Part shown: in pieces, positions 41,271 through 54,965 of the stretch
Numbering within the stretch: the first letter of the stretch is position 1
How the letters are laid out: every line of letters begins with the position of its first letter
Source: Eledone cirrhosa
Taxonomy: Eukaryota
Reading direction: 5' to 3'
NCBI GenBank assembly: GCA_964016885.1
Contig: OZ024748.1
Coordinates: 2,170,001 to 2,234,000, forward strand
DNA: 64,000 nt
Position numbers and translations under genes: made by a program
Notes under the pieces: generated by a model
Databases searched by the model: none
Told to the model about the DNA's origin: nothing
Seen by the model: only the letters and a program-made list of their open reading frames with translations

Positions 41271-41946
41271 ACATATATATATACATATATACATATATAT
41301 ATATGTTATGTATTTCTGTAGAAAAAGGAAAGGAAGGAAGAGTGCTCTATGTATTATACAGAGTTATTATATCATAATACAATATTGTGTTGTTTATTAT
41401 ATAATTTACACTTGCACACACACACACACATACACACACCCACACACACCTACACACATCTACACACACCTACACACATCTACACACACCTATACCCACC
41501 TACACCCACCCACACCCACCAACACACACCTACACACATCTACACACACCTACACCCACCCACACACACCTACACCCACCTACACACATCTACACACACC
41601 TACACCCACCTACACCCACCAACACCCACCTACACACACCTACACACATCTACACACACCTACACCCACCTACATCCACCAACACCCACCTACACCCACC
41701 CACACCCACCTACACCCACCAACACCCACCTACACCCACCCACACACAACCCACTACTGATATCAATCTTCCACCATACAGAGGTCCCCAACTGTTCAAT
41801 CGAAATTTAAACTGATTCTAAAAATACATTTTTATTTATAGCCAAAACTAAATTTGGATATATTTAAAACACAGAGACACACACATATACCATACACACA
41901 CATGCACACATACACACACATGCTATTACAAAGCATTGTATATATA

Positions 41947-42050
41947 CAGGGTGTCCCCAAAAAATGTATACACACTTCAACAGCATTCTAATTCTAATAA
42001 ATATTCCCTGTACAGGTAATCAAAGTGTGTATACATTTTTTGGAGACACC

Positions 42051-42053
<3 letters not shown>
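41947..42053. mobile_element. Tc1/mariner-type MITE, 107 bp
   Basis: 31-bp TIR CAGGGTGTC(C/T)CCAAAAAATGTATACACACTT; TA flanks. Confidence 0.9.
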
Positions 42054-42091
<38 letters not shown>

Positions 42092-42133
42092 CGAAAACAT
42101 AAGTCAATTGCATGAACTCATAATCCTTTATTT

Positions 42134-42189
42134 ACTGCTATATATATTTCGATGATAGCCATTGAATGGCTATGACCTCATCAGGCAGT
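42134..42189 (-). ncRNA. minimal type I hammerhead ribozyme with intact core
   Basis: ACUGC CUGAUGA GGUCAUAGCCAUUCAAUGGCUAUCAUC GAAA UAUAUA UA GCAGU. Confidence 0.82.
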
Positions 42190-42327
42190 TAGTCAGTTCT
42201 TAGATATGCCAGCTCTGTGTTTATAGTGTTGATGGTATCAGAGCCTTGGGACATATATATATATATATATATCGTTTCTGAATTTGTTTAGCAAGATTTT
42301 TTATCTGAAAACGTGTGTTGAAACCGA

Positions 42328-42622
42328 TATTGTTATACTTTGGGAGGGTCATGTTGCCAATAAGAAACACACGCACCAGTTGCTTTCACTTCAATTTATT
42401 ATAATAAATTTAGGAATTTATAAATTTCCGGTTGGCTGGTTGGTTGGTTCCACAACCAGATGGTTGTTTATATATTGTCAAAGTTCTTTCGTCACACATT
42501 CTGTGACCTCTTCAGTGACTAGGGATTCTTTTCTTTGTTTTTGTGCCTCTCCTTTGTTCTATCCTACGCCATCTTGTTTCCGAAACAAGATGGCGTAGGA
42601 CAGAACAAAGGAGAGGTACAAA
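42328..42622 (+). mobile_element. unclassified interspersed repeat (also at 9068-9100 and 60176-60450) ending in a 41-bp-arm palindrome
   Basis: Shared TTGTTAT(A/G)CTTTGGGAGGGTCATGTTGC. Confidence 0.75.
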
Positions 42623-42923
42623 TACTGTGTCGATGTGTGTATATATATGTATATATTTTTCTTTGACCTCGACCCGGTGTATGTGGGTGTCGAGTGTGTG
42701 TGTACCCACTCACATTAACTGTGACTGACTGTATCCCTACAGATTTAATTGATGTCCAGCGTCTTTTGCAGCAATAGAGATCTGACAACTTTTATGACCT
42801 CAACTGAAGTTAATAGCAGTCGCCGTGTCTTTGACTGGTGTGTCTTCATATGAGGGAATGAATTCTGTGAGAGAACATCGTTATTTTTCTCCCTCATATC
42901 AAGAATTTGAAGACAATTCATTT

Positions 42924-42997
42924 TCACCTGATGAGATCAGTGATAATCGATCATGGCTTCACAATCGATCTATCTCTTATTGAAACATGTGTCGTGA
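42924..42997 (+). ncRNA. minimal type I hammerhead ribozyme with long helix II
   Basis: UCAC CUGAUGA [47-nt imperfect hairpin] GAAA CAUGUG UC GUGA; GUC cleavage triplet. Confidence 0.72.
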
Positions 42998-43169
42998 TTA
43001 ACTGATTGGAATTTTACCTTGCCTTCGGATTTTCATTTTGGTACTTATACTCCGTTTTACATCATCTAGCTGTTTCCTTGAATGGAATTGGAGATATAGA
43101 AAAGCGTGGAAAACTTAATAAAGTTATTGGACAATTTTACACAACCAATAATGTACCTTACTATATAAC

Positions 43170-43221
<52 letters not shown>

Positions 43222-43410
43222 TGTAGATAGAACGTTACATATAAATAGATGGAACGTTACAGATATGCAGTTCTCGAAATAAGCAGTATTGTTTAAAAGT
43301 AAACACTGATGAGAGTATCTATCTGGCACTAAGCTGTTGTCTAGTTGTGTCCCCGGTTTCGATTTTAGGAAAGTCACTACAGAGATGTATTTGTATAAAT
43401 ATTATACTGG

Positions 43411-43497
<87 letters not shown>

Positions 43498-43666
43498 GGT
43501 CGGAATGTTACCTCAGCCCCCCCCCCCACTCTCTATACATATATACATAAGCAAAGAGATATTTAATTTGTTGGTTATTCAACAAATTTATTTATAACAG
43601 ATTCGAAGCACTCTACAATTTTTCTGGAATATAATATCAATGATATTAATAAATGAAAACTATATT

Positions 43667-43727
43667 TATTTTATTATATATATTTTAAGGGTACCAAAAT
43701 TTTGGTTCGCACTCATCAGATAAAATA
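43667..43727 (-). ncRNA. decayed hammerhead motif (G12>A)
   Basis: UAUUUUAU CUGAUGA GUGCGAACCAAAAUUUUGGUACCCUU AAAA UAUAUA UA AUAAAAUA; 8-bp helix I. Confidence 0.62.
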
Positions 43728-43806
43728 CAAAATTTGTTTTATAAATTGTAACATATCCAAGAAACCAGACCTTATCGGTTCAGGTTGAGTTTGGATAGTC
43801 TATCAT

Positions 43807-43852
<46 letters not shown>

Positions 43853-44324
43853 ATATCTGATATTATAAATATAATTCTATGGAAACACCACCATTTTGCT
43901 TTTCTACATACCCCCCACCCCTTCTCTCTTCATCTATCTCCCTCTTTCTCGCCTCTCTCCCCTCCTCCTCCACCCCCTCACTCGCCTCTCTCCCCTCCTC
44001 CTCCACCCCTCTCTCGCGCCTCTCTCCCCTCCTCCCCCACCCCTCTCTCCCCTCCTCCTCCACCCCTCTCTCTCCACAGGTGTCATTCAGTAGACTAGGT
44101 AGCACTGTTTTTCTTATAATTATAACCAATTCATTGAGAGTGATTGATAGATTAAATAGATATATATATAGATATATATATAGAGAGAGAGAGGTAGTGT
44201 GAGGGGTATGTTAATAGCTGTAGGGGGGGGGGGGGGGGGCGTAATGAGGTGGAGTGGGGGCTGCAATTAATGATGAATGAACATGGTGTAAAGCAAGTAG
44301 TGTAGCTGTATGTATGGGTATGTG

Positions 44325-44900
44325 TTGTTAGATGGGTGGATGTGTTGTTAGATGGGTGGATGTGTTGTTAGATGGGTGGGTGTGGAAGATGGGTGGACGT
44401 GTAACAGGGGTGGATGTGTAATAGGGGTAGGTGTGTAACACAGGTGGATGTGTAACAGGGGTAGATGTGTAAGAGGGGTATGTAGTGTAACAGGGGTGGA
44501 TGTGTAACACAGGTGGATGTGTAACAGGGGTAGATGTGTAAGAGGGGTATGTAGTGTAACAGGGGTGGATGTGTAACACAGGTGGATGTGTAACACAAGT
44601 GAATGTGTAACACAGGTGGATGTGTAACAGAGGTCGATGTGTAACACAGGTGGATGTGTAACACAAGTGGATGTGTAACACAGGTGGATGTGTAACACGG
44701 GAGGATGTGTAACACAGGTGGGTGTGTAACACAGGTGGATGTGTAACACAAGTGGATGTGTAACACAGGTGGATGTGTAACAGAGGTCGATGTGTAACAC
44801 AGGAGGATGTGTAACACAGGTGGATGTGTAACACAAGTGGATGTGTAACACAGGTGGATGTGTAACAGAGGTCGATGTGTAACACAGGAGGATGTGTACC
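44325..44900. repeat. 17-bp minisatellite (GGATGTGTAACACAGGT)n
   Basis: Visible directly. Confidence 0.93.
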
Positions 44901-45306
44901 AAGGGTGTGTAGTGTTGTGCTTTCTCTTAATCTTATATAATCTTATAGTTTCAATTCTTTATTTACGGAGTGGAAATAACACTAAAGTGTTGTAGGCCCC
45001 GATATAATTACAGGTATATACATACATATGATAGGTAAACAACATGATGATTGTGTGAGGGGTAGGTGTAGGTGGGTAATCGATATTTGTAGAGTGTAGT
45101 GCCTTCTCTCAATCGTACTGTTTCCATTAATTTATTTACAATAACATCTTGCCGACAATGGAAACATCAAAGTCCCAATTTAATTACAGGTGTACAAAAG
45201 AGAAATGTATGTTATGCTGTTATATATAGTGTATATATACATACGCATGTATATATGTATGTATATATGTGTGTATATATGTGTGTGTGGGTGTGTATAT
45301 ATTTGA

Positions 45307-45347
<41 letters not shown>

Positions 45348-45375
45348 AATATATATGTAAATATGTATGTGTGTA

Positions 45376-45406
<31 letters not shown>

Positions 45407-45415
45407 GTAAATATG

Positions 45416-45448
<33 letters not shown>

Positions 45449-45464
45449 TTAAAAAAATATATAT

Positions 45465-45495
45465 ACTAGCAGAATGGCCCGGCTTTGCTCGGGAT
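45465..45495 (-). mobile_element. Helitron-like 3' terminus
   Basis: Minus strand has a CCCGAGCAAAGCCGGG hairpin followed by CCATTCTG-CTAG|T. Confidence 0.55.
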
Positions 45496-45639
45496 TTGCT
45501 CTAGGGTTCTTATATATTTTATATATATTTATACTTATCGAGCCTCGTGAAATAAATACGTTTGTTTATATTTTGTTATTGTGTATGCAAAAATATCTTT
45601 ATATACGAATATATAATTATATATATATATATATATATA

Positions 45640-45679
<40 letters not shown>

Positions 45680-45839
45680 TTTGAAATAGTTAAAATAATG
45701 TGTAATGTACAACAGATCCAATTTATTCAGTGTTTTCAGAACGTCAGCAATAGCATAGATACTTAGCATCGATTTCTGGTGAGGGTTTTTATATGGGGTA
45801 AAGAAGGGGGAGGGGTGATTGTGTGTGTGGGGAGGGGGG

Positions 45840-47010
45840 GTGATGGTGTCGTGGTGGCTGTGGTGGTGGTGGTGGTGGTGGTGGTGGTGGTGGTAGTAGT
45901 GGTGGTGGTTATAGTAGTGGTAGTGGCGGTGGTAGTAGTAGTGGTTGTGGTGGTGGTAGTGGTAGTAGTGGTTGTGGTGGTGGTAGTGGTAGTAGTAGTG
46001 GTTGTGGCTGAGGTGGTGGTGGTGGTAGTAGTGACTGTGGTGGTGGTGGTAGTAGTAGTAGTGGTCATGGCTTAGGTGGTTATGGCAATGATGACGTCTA
46101 AGATGGCGATGACGGTGATGATGGTAGTGACGCAAATGGTTATCATGATGATGATGATGGTGGTGATAGTTGTGGTGGTGGTGGTGATGGTGATAGTAGT
46201 GGTGGTAGTGGTGGTAGTGGGGATAGGTGTGGTGGTGATGATGGTGGTGGTAGTGATGGTGGTGATGACAGTCACAGTGATGGTGTGGTGGTGGTGGTGG
46301 TGACAGTCACAGTGATGGTGGTGGTGGTGGTGGTGGTGGTGACAGTCACAGTGGTGGTGGTGGTGGTGGTGGTGGTGGTGACAGTCACAGTGGTGGTGGT
46401 GGTGGTGGTGGTGGTGACAGTCACAGTGGTGGTGGTGGTGGTGACAGTCACAGTGGTGGTGGTGGTGGTGGTGGTGGTGACAATCACAGTGGTGGGGGTG
46501 GTGGTGGTGGTGGTGGTGGTGGTGGTGACAATCACAGTGGTGGGGGTGGTGGTGGTGGTGACAGTCACAGTGGTGGTGGTGGTGGTGGTGGTGGTGGTGG
46601 TGGTGACAGTCACAGTGGTGGTGGTGGTGGTGGTGACAGTCACAGTGATGGTGGTGGTGGTGGTGATGGCGGTGGTTGCGGTGGTGGCGGTGGTGGTGAC
46701 AGTCACAGTGGTGGTGGTGGTGGTGGTGGTGACAGTCACAGTGATGGTGGTGGTGGTGGTGGTGGTGACAGTCACAGTGATGGTGGTGGTGGTGGTGGTG
46801 GTGACAGTCACAGTGATGGTGGTGGTGGTGGTGACAGTCACAGTGATGGTGGTGGTGGTGGTGACAGTCACAGTGGTGGTGGTGGTGGTGGTGGTGGTGG
46901 TGGTGGTGGTGGTGGTGACAGTCACAGTGGTGGTGGTGGTGGTGGTGGTGGTGACAGTCACAGTGGTGGTGGTGGTGGTGGTGGTGGTGGTGGTGACAGT
47001 CACAGTGATG
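45840..47010. repeat. (GGT)n and (GTG)n-ACAGTCACA compound repeat
   Basis: Visible directly. Confidence 0.95.
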
Positions 47011-47054
47011 CTATACGTTTACAATTACCAAATCGATCTAATTATTTTGACACA

Positions 47055-47056
<2 letters not shown>

Positions 47057-47133
<77 letters not shown>

Positions 47134-48775
47134 CTATCTCTATATATATATCTCCCTCTCTCTCTTTGTCTCCTTATCTCTCTCTATATATATCTCCCTC
47201 TCTCTACGTATCTCTCTACTCTATCTATCTATCTCCCTATCTCTCTCTCTCTCCCTCTCTCCCCCTCTCTCTCTCCCTCTCTCCCCCTATCTACCTCTAT
47301 ACCCCCCGTGTCTCTCCCCTCCCACCCTCACTTCCTTCCATTCACACTCTCCTTTACAGTTCGATATTTGATGAAATTTCACGATTAAAAATTTACTCGA
47401 ATTTTCTCAATGGCAGCTCCGTTTCCTTGTTGATATAATTTTCACATGATTATTATATTTCTCACCACCACCACCACCATCACCACGACAATCACCACCA
47501 TCACCACCACCACCACCACGACAATCACCACCACCACCACCACCACCACCACCACCATCACCACCATCACCACGACAATCACCACCATCACCACCACCAC
47601 CACCACGACAATCACCACCACCACCACCACCACCACCACCACCATCACCACCACCACCACCACCATCGCCATCACCACCACCACTACCATCGCCATCACC
47701 ATCACCACCATCACCACCACCACCACCACCATCGCCATCACCACCACCACTACCATCGCCATCACCATCACCACCATCACCACCACCATCACCACCATCG
47801 CCATCACCATCACCATCACCATCATCATCACCAACATCATCATTATTTAGCTATTTTCTCTCCCAAATTCTCTCTTATATATTATATATTTTGATTTTGT
47901 CTTTCTCTCTATCTCTTATTTTCACTTTCATTTTCTACCTACTTCCCTCCTCCCCTTCCTCCCACTCCTCCCACTTCCTCTATCCGTCTTCTAGTTCTCT
48001 AAACGCACCTTACCATCCAGACGATGTTTTATCGCCATGGTAGAATAACAACTACTTCATTCATACATCTTCTTCCTCTTCCTTTCCCCCTCCCCTTCCT
48101 CTCTTTTCCTCTTCCTGCTCCTCCCCCCATCCTTTCTTACTCTTCCTTCTCCTCTACTCTCTTTCTCTTTTTCTCTTCTTTCTATCAACAGTCGTTCTCT
48201 CTCTCTCCCTCCCTCCCTCTCTCTCCCTCTCCCTCTCTCCCTCCCTCCCTCTCTCCCTCCATCTCTCTCCCTTTCTCTCCCCCCCCTCTCTCTCTCTCTG
48301 TAATATATATGTCTAACAATCTCATTCCATCTCTCTCATTCCCTCTCTCGTTCTCCTTCCCTCCTCTCCTCCTCTCTCGTTCTCCTCCTTCCCTCCTCCC
48401 CTCTCTCTCTCCTTCCCTCTCTCTCTCCTCTCTCCTTCTCCGTCCCTCCTCCTCTCTCTCTCTCCTTCCCTCTCTCTCTCCTCTCTCTTTCCTTTCCCTC
48501 TCATCTCTCTCTCTCCTTCCCTCTTTCGCCTTCCCTCTCATTCCTCCTCACTCTCTTCTTTCTTTCCTTTCCCCTCTCTCTCTTCTTTCTCTCCTTCCCC
48601 CTCTCTCTTTCCTTTCCCCTCTCTCTCCTCTCTCTTTCCCTGCTTCCCTCTGTCTCTCCTTCTCTCTCTCTCTCGTTCTCTCTCCAACTCTCCTTCCCTC
48701 TGTCTCTCCTTTTCTCTCTCTCTCAACTATCGGTTTTCACCACCACCACCACCACCGCCACCGCCTTCACCATAG
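47057..48775. repeat. (CT)n polypyrimidine and (CAC)n tracts
   Basis: Visible directly. Confidence 0.9.
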
Positions 48776-49029
48776 TTAATTCGTTGTCGTCGTTATTTCC
48801 TTATATTCCTCCCTCAATATAGCTGGTCGTCTCTCTCTCCATTGTGTCCTTCCAATGCTCCGAGCTTCTCAATCACGGGTCACTCGAGCGATTGGATCGG
48901 CGGCGATTGACGCCACCACCTCCATCAGCACCAGCAGCACCACCGCCACCACTATACAACATAGGGGGCAACAAGTGTCCCCTTGAAAAACCCTACTTGC
49001 CACACACTAAACAGCATCAAAAAAAAAAT

Positions 49030-49065
<36 letters not shown>

Positions 49066-49153
49066 TACACATACAAACATACACGCTCACACACATACAT
49101 ACATATAAATATATAGATATATAAATATATTTAAAGAATATTTTTCAAAGAAT

Positions 49154-49472
49154 ATGTATGCCAAGACATTTAATACATGGGATTATTTGACGTGTAGAAA
49201 TGTATGGAAAATGTGCTGCACACAACGAGAAGACGCAGCCACAGAACCGTGTTGTCAGAATCATCAAACGGGTGGAGCCTCTACCCACGGTCATGCTAAT
49301 TTGTCTAAAGAGCGTGGTGTTGACAACCAAGCTCTCGACGAAATAAACAAACCTTTGCATGATTGTGACAACAATAAGATCTCCTATAATTCCTTGGATA
49401 ACCATTCTCAAAGTAATGTAAACCATCACACATTGTTTAAATCTGACAACTGTCAAAATGACATCTCCGCAG
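49154..49472 (+). CDS. candidate (first) coding exon of an unidentified host gene
   Basis: 106 codons of non-repetitive open frame, preceded by TTTTTCAAAG (possible acceptor at 49150) and ending at GCAG|GTTTGT (phase-1 donor); no TE motifs recognised. Confidence 0.5.
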
Positions 49473-49537
49473 GTTTGTTAACGTGTATGTATTATTAGTA
49501 TTATCATTATGGCTTGTATTATAAACCTTTCAAATGC

Positions 49538-49590
<53 letters not shown>

Positions 49591-49691
49591 GTGTGTGTGT
49601 GTGTGTATGTGTGAAGAACAGACAAAATCTATCTATTTTTTCTTCGTATACATATGTATCTATATGTATATGTGTATAAGTATCTTTTATA

Positions 49692-49821
<130 letters not shown>

Positions 49822-49899
49822 CAAATTTGGACGGGAACAAAACAGAGAGGCAGACAAATAAAGGTTTATTAGGTTCACTCTCTTGAGAGTGAGGTGGGG

Positions 49900-49948
<49 letters not shown>

Positions 49949-50128
49949 ATATACATATATATATAATTATGTATATGTATGTAAAATGTGTGTGTGTGTG
50001 TGTCACTAATTAGGTTAATTAATAACACTTTGTTTCTTTAATTTTTTTTTTGTGCTTCCAATATAATTTTCTCTGTCCTCCCAGCTTGAGGCAAAATGCC
50101 GGTACATATATATATATATCTACATATA

Positions 50129-50225
<97 letters not shown>

Positions 50226-50294
50226 ATATATATATATATATGTATGTATATATATATATATATACATATATAAGAATAACATTAAGAAAAATGC

Positions 50295-50358
<64 letters not shown>

Positions 50359-50716
50359 GCACACACACAAACACATAATGTGTGTGTTACACGTTTTTTT
50401 CTTACAAAATATATGTCGGGAGGCTTCGATACTGTTTCTGCTGTCATTGGTGTTATTACCATGGAGGTGGTCATGCTTGGAGTGGATTGGAATGAAATAA
50501 TAATCATTCGTGAAAATATATTTTTACTTGAAAATGGGACAAGATTTAGTTTTTGTCTTTGATTAAAATCGATATTGATATATTTACCAACCTCTACCTT
50601 GTCTATCTATCTATCTATCTAAAGAAAGATATCTATCTATCTATCTATTTGTCTGTCTGTCTGTCTGAATATTTTAATGGAATATAAAAACAATATTTCT
50701 CTCTCTCTCTCTCTCT

Positions 50717-50823
<107 letters not shown>

Positions 50824-50885
50824 ACCTAGCTATCTACTTGTCTACCAGGATATCTACCTTTTTATGTATCCATCTATCTATAATG

Positions 50886-50959
<74 letters not shown>

Positions 50960-51399
50960 CGTCTACCTGCTTCTATCTACCAATTCATTTCCATCTACAT
51001 ATATGCACTTTTCTTACCTGTTCTACCTGTCGTTGCATCACGCGCGCGCATTGACACGCACTCACCCAGGCATCCATAGGTACATATGTACTTAGGTAAA
51101 TATTCTGTTTAATGAAAATATTAAATATATTTTAGCTCAGACCACATTTCTCTGCGTGATACCAGCATCCCGTTGGAGATATAACAATGAAAGAAGAGAA
51201 AACGATGAACTTAAATCTACTATATACCTGTGTGTTGGTGTGTGTGTGTGTCTGTCTGTTGGTGTGTGTTAGGACAGGTGGTTGTGTGTGTTTGTATGTG
51301 TGTGTGTGTATCCCATTTTTCATTCATATACTTTACAGAGATAGGTTTTTGTATTTAAGCGAATGCCTGTGTGTGTGTGTGTGTGTGTTTGGGGTGTGT

Positions 51400-51809
51400 G
51401 TGTTAGGATAGGTGTGTGTGTGTGTTTGGGATGTGTGTGAGTGTTTTTGGGTGTGTGTGTGTTCCATTTTTTCTTCACTATACAGATAAAGGTATTCTGT
51501 AGATAAGCGAATATTTCTGTGTGTGTGTGTGTATTTTGTGTTTGTGTCTATATGTGTGTGTATATTTGTGTGTATGTGTCTATGTATTTGTGTGTGTGTT
51601 TGTGTGACCGTGTATATTTGTGTGTCTGCGTGTGCATGTATGTGTCCGTGTATGTTCGTGTGTGTGTATGTGTATGTATGTGTCCATGTATGTGTGTGTG
51701 TGAGAGTGTGAACGTGTGTTTATCCTGTTTTTCATTCAGGAAATTTATACCTTTTCGATATTCAGATATAGACTTATATTCTGTTAATCGTGTGTCTATG
51801 TGGGAGTAT

Positions 51810-51844
<35 letters not shown>

Positions 51845-52275
51845 TGTGTGTGTCAGTGTGTGTGTGTCAGTATGTGTGTATGTGTGTGTCAGTATGTGTG
51901 TGTACGTGTCAGTGTGTGTATGTATGTGTCAGTGTGTGTATGTGTGTGTCAGTGTGTGTATGTGTGTGTCGGTGTGTGTTTGTGTCAGTATCTGTGTGTC
52001 AGTATGTGTGTGTATGTGTGTATGTCAGTGTCAGTATGTGTATGTGTGTGTACGTGTCAGTGTGTGTACGTGTCAGTGTGTGTATGTATGTGTCAATGTG
52101 TGTATGTGTGTGTCAGTGTGTGTGTATGTGTGTGTCAGTGTGTGTATGTGGGTGTCAATGTGTGTCAGTGTGTGTCAATGTGTGTCAGTGTGTGTATGTG
52201 TGTGTCAGTGTGTGTATGTATGTATGTCAGTGTCAGTATGTGTGTGTGTACGTGTCAGTGTGTGTATGTGTGTGT
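51400..52275. repeat. (TG)n/TGTCAG compound microsatellite
   Basis: Visible directly. Confidence 0.9.
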
Positions 52276-52469
52276 TTTATTCAACCAGAGGAATAACCAG
52301 AAATAACTGTGGAAGATGTGGAGGGGTAGAGGGAGGGGAGGCAATCAACTAATATGATATCGAACCATGAACCACTCCAATATATATATACTATATAATC
52401 GAACTCAGTCTCCTCTTGACCTTTGACACTTCTCATGTTAGAATTTCATTATTTTTCCATTGCCATTCA

Positions 52470-52585
52470 AGGTTCAAATCCCGCCGAGGTTAACTTTGCC
52501 TTTCATCCTTACGGGGTCGATAAAATAAAGTACCAGTAATGTACTGGGTAATTGCTGGCCTTGTGCCAAAAGTAGAAACAATTAT
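52470..52585 (+). mobile_element. family-A SINE, 5'-truncated
   Basis: GGTTCAAATCCCGCCGAGGTTAACTTTGCCTTTCATCC... Confidence 0.85.
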
Positions 52586-53284
52586 TTTTCCATAATATCT
52601 TATGAAGCACTTTCAATGGTCACCGTTTCATTAACATATTTACCATGAAAGACTCTGCCTATCATTTTCAAAGAATTAAAGAATAACCATAAAGACCAGT
52701 ACAGGGTTTAGGACAAATGAGGCCTGTGCTAATTAAGTTACGAAGCTCCTTACTTGGGCCTTGTTTGGCAGGAATATGGACCCCTTCCTCTGCTGGCCAA
52801 CAGAGCCCTGTGCTACTTAAGTTATGAGGCTCCTTACTTGGGCCTTGTTTGACAGGAATATAACCCCTTCCCCTGCTGGCCAACGGGGCTCTGTGTTTAA
52901 GCGCTCCTAAGCACAATGGTATATCCGGCACTGATAATGACTTTGAAGAGATTTAGTAATATTCTGATGAAGGACCAGCATCCGAATCGTAAAGACTCTT
53001 TTCCTACTATATCAAGCGTTGCGTTAAACTAATAGATTTTATCATTGTTCTGTGTCGTTGTTGTTTCTATTTACTTTTTGCATACATAACTATTATTAAG
53101 ATAGTGCTTGGAGCATAACTTAACAAAATGTTCTTTGATAAAATCCTGATGGAAGATTTAAATTCATATATTATCATTTCAGCCTTACCTTAACATAATT
53201 TTACCTAAAGGCAATGTCTATAATTTCCAAATAATTTTGAAAATAATAGAGAAATTAGTCATATACAGAACTAACTTTCTTGAA

Positions 53285-53760
53285 AGGCGGTCATGCTGGT
53301 GACATGACAAAAACCTCCCAGTTCACCCTGTAAGGGGGTCATGCTGGTGACATAACCAAAAAACCACCCAGTTCACCCTGTTTGATGGTCGTGCTGATGA
53401 CATGACAAAAAAAAACACCCAGTCCACCCTGTTTGATGGTCGTGATGGTGACATGACAAAAAACATCCAGTCTATTATGTAAGGTGATCGTGCTGGTGAC
53501 AGAACAAAAACGACCCAGTCCACCAAGTAAGATGGTCGTGCTGGTGACAGAACAAAAATCATCCAGTCCGCCCTGTAAGGTGGTCGTTTTGGTGTCACGA
53601 TAAAAAGCACCCAGTCCACACTCTTATGTGGTTGGTGTTAGGAAGGACATTTAGCCGTAGAAACCAAGCCAAAATACAGATCCGTATGAGCAGGACGTAA
53701 TCCCCTGACGACTCGTCAAACCCATGGAAAATGGATGCTAAACGATGATGATGGTGATGC
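53285..53760 (+). mobile_element. RTE-type 3' UTR with about 7 tandem ~46-bp internal repeats
   Basis: TGGTGAC..ACAAAAA..CCAGTCCACCCTG units, then GGTTGGTGTTAGGAAGG and a (GAT)n tail. Confidence 0.8.
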
Positions 53761-53927
53761 TGGTAGCGTTATGGAGCATAACTTAAAATTGTGATTTTGA
53801 AAAGCATTTTAAAATAAACAGCAGTTTCAGGTGAGGTAGTGCGGCATTTAAAGGTTTAAACCAACCCCCGTCACAACCGAATATTGCTGATGATATGTCT
53901 GTCCTGATAGCCTTGGGGTGAGATGTA

Positions 53928-54108
53928 GTTAGGACTAAATGGTTAAGATGTTCGCTTCACACCCATGGGGATCATAGGATCGAACCCACTGTAAAGCTAT
54001 ATGGGCAAGTGTCTTTATACCATAGCTTTGGGTTGACTGAAGACTTGTGGGTGGGTATGAGTTGACGGAAGCTACGTGGAAAGTCGCCGGGTGGATTTGT
54101 ACGTATAA
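53928..54108 (+). mobile_element. tRNA-derived SINE, family B
   Basis: GACTAAATGGTTAAG A-box, GGATCGAACCC B-box, GGGCAAGTGTCTT domain. Confidence 0.65.
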
Positions 54109-54561
54109 CTGATCGTTCTCTCTCTCACACATACACAGTGTCACACACACACACACTGATTGTGACCCAGAATTACATTATGGGTACACGTGTCTGTGGA
54201 ATGTTGAACCACTTATATCCCATCCCGCCCCTATACCCTGCACCACCCCACCCCTACACCCCAAGCCACACCACTGCACCCCTACACCCCACTCAACCAC
54301 TCCACCCCAAACCACTCCATTCCTACATCTCACCCCACCCCACTGCACCCATACACTCCAACCCCCACCCCACACCCATACACCCCATACCACTTCACCA
54401 TTCAACCCCACACCACACCAACATCTCACCCCACTGCGCCCCCACACCTCACACCACTCCAACCCCACCCAACCCAACCGCACCCTTCACACCACTCCAA
54501 CCCCACCCAACCCAACCGCACCCTTCACACCACTCAACCCCACCACTCCATAAAGCACCAC

Positions 54562-54965
54562 GGTGGTGGATTGTCAAAGTTGTTAAAACAGCGAACAAAT
54601 GCTTAGCAGTATTTGTTCTCTCTCTTTACTTTCTGAGTTCTTATCCAGCCAAGGTCAACTTTTCATTTCATTATTCTGAGATTAATAAAATAAAATACCA
54701 GTAATGTAGTGGTGTCGATTTCATTGACTCACCTCCCCAAAATTCTTGGCCTTGTGACTAAATCAGAAACCATTCTTGTATAGTTCCGTTTGTTGGTGCT
54801 TTTATTACTGAATACGTTCCATCTATGTTTGTAGTTAAGGCGTTGGGTTAAAGGATGCCGACACTCATTGAACTCTGAGTTCAAATTCCGCTGGAGTTAA
54901 CTTTACTTTGACTTTTATCTTCTCTAGATCGATAAATAAAGTACCAGTCGACTACTGGGTGGATA
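54562..54965 (+). mobile_element. two decayed family-A SINEs
   Basis: CTGAGTTC..GTCAACTTT/GTTAACTTT..ATAAA..TACCAGT cores. Confidence 0.65.

Noticed and set aside
42088-42140. Idea that the hammerhead cleavage end (..AUAUAUA) directly primes insertion into (TA)n
   Set aside because: The islands extend 45-120 nt beyond the cleavage site before reaching (TA)n, so the junction is not at the cut.
43308-43385. CTGATGA...GAAA as a hammerhead
   Set aside because: No helix I or helix II pairing.
49145-49456. 103-aa minus-strand ORF
   Set aside because: It is the antisense shadow of the better splice-supported plus-strand ORF.
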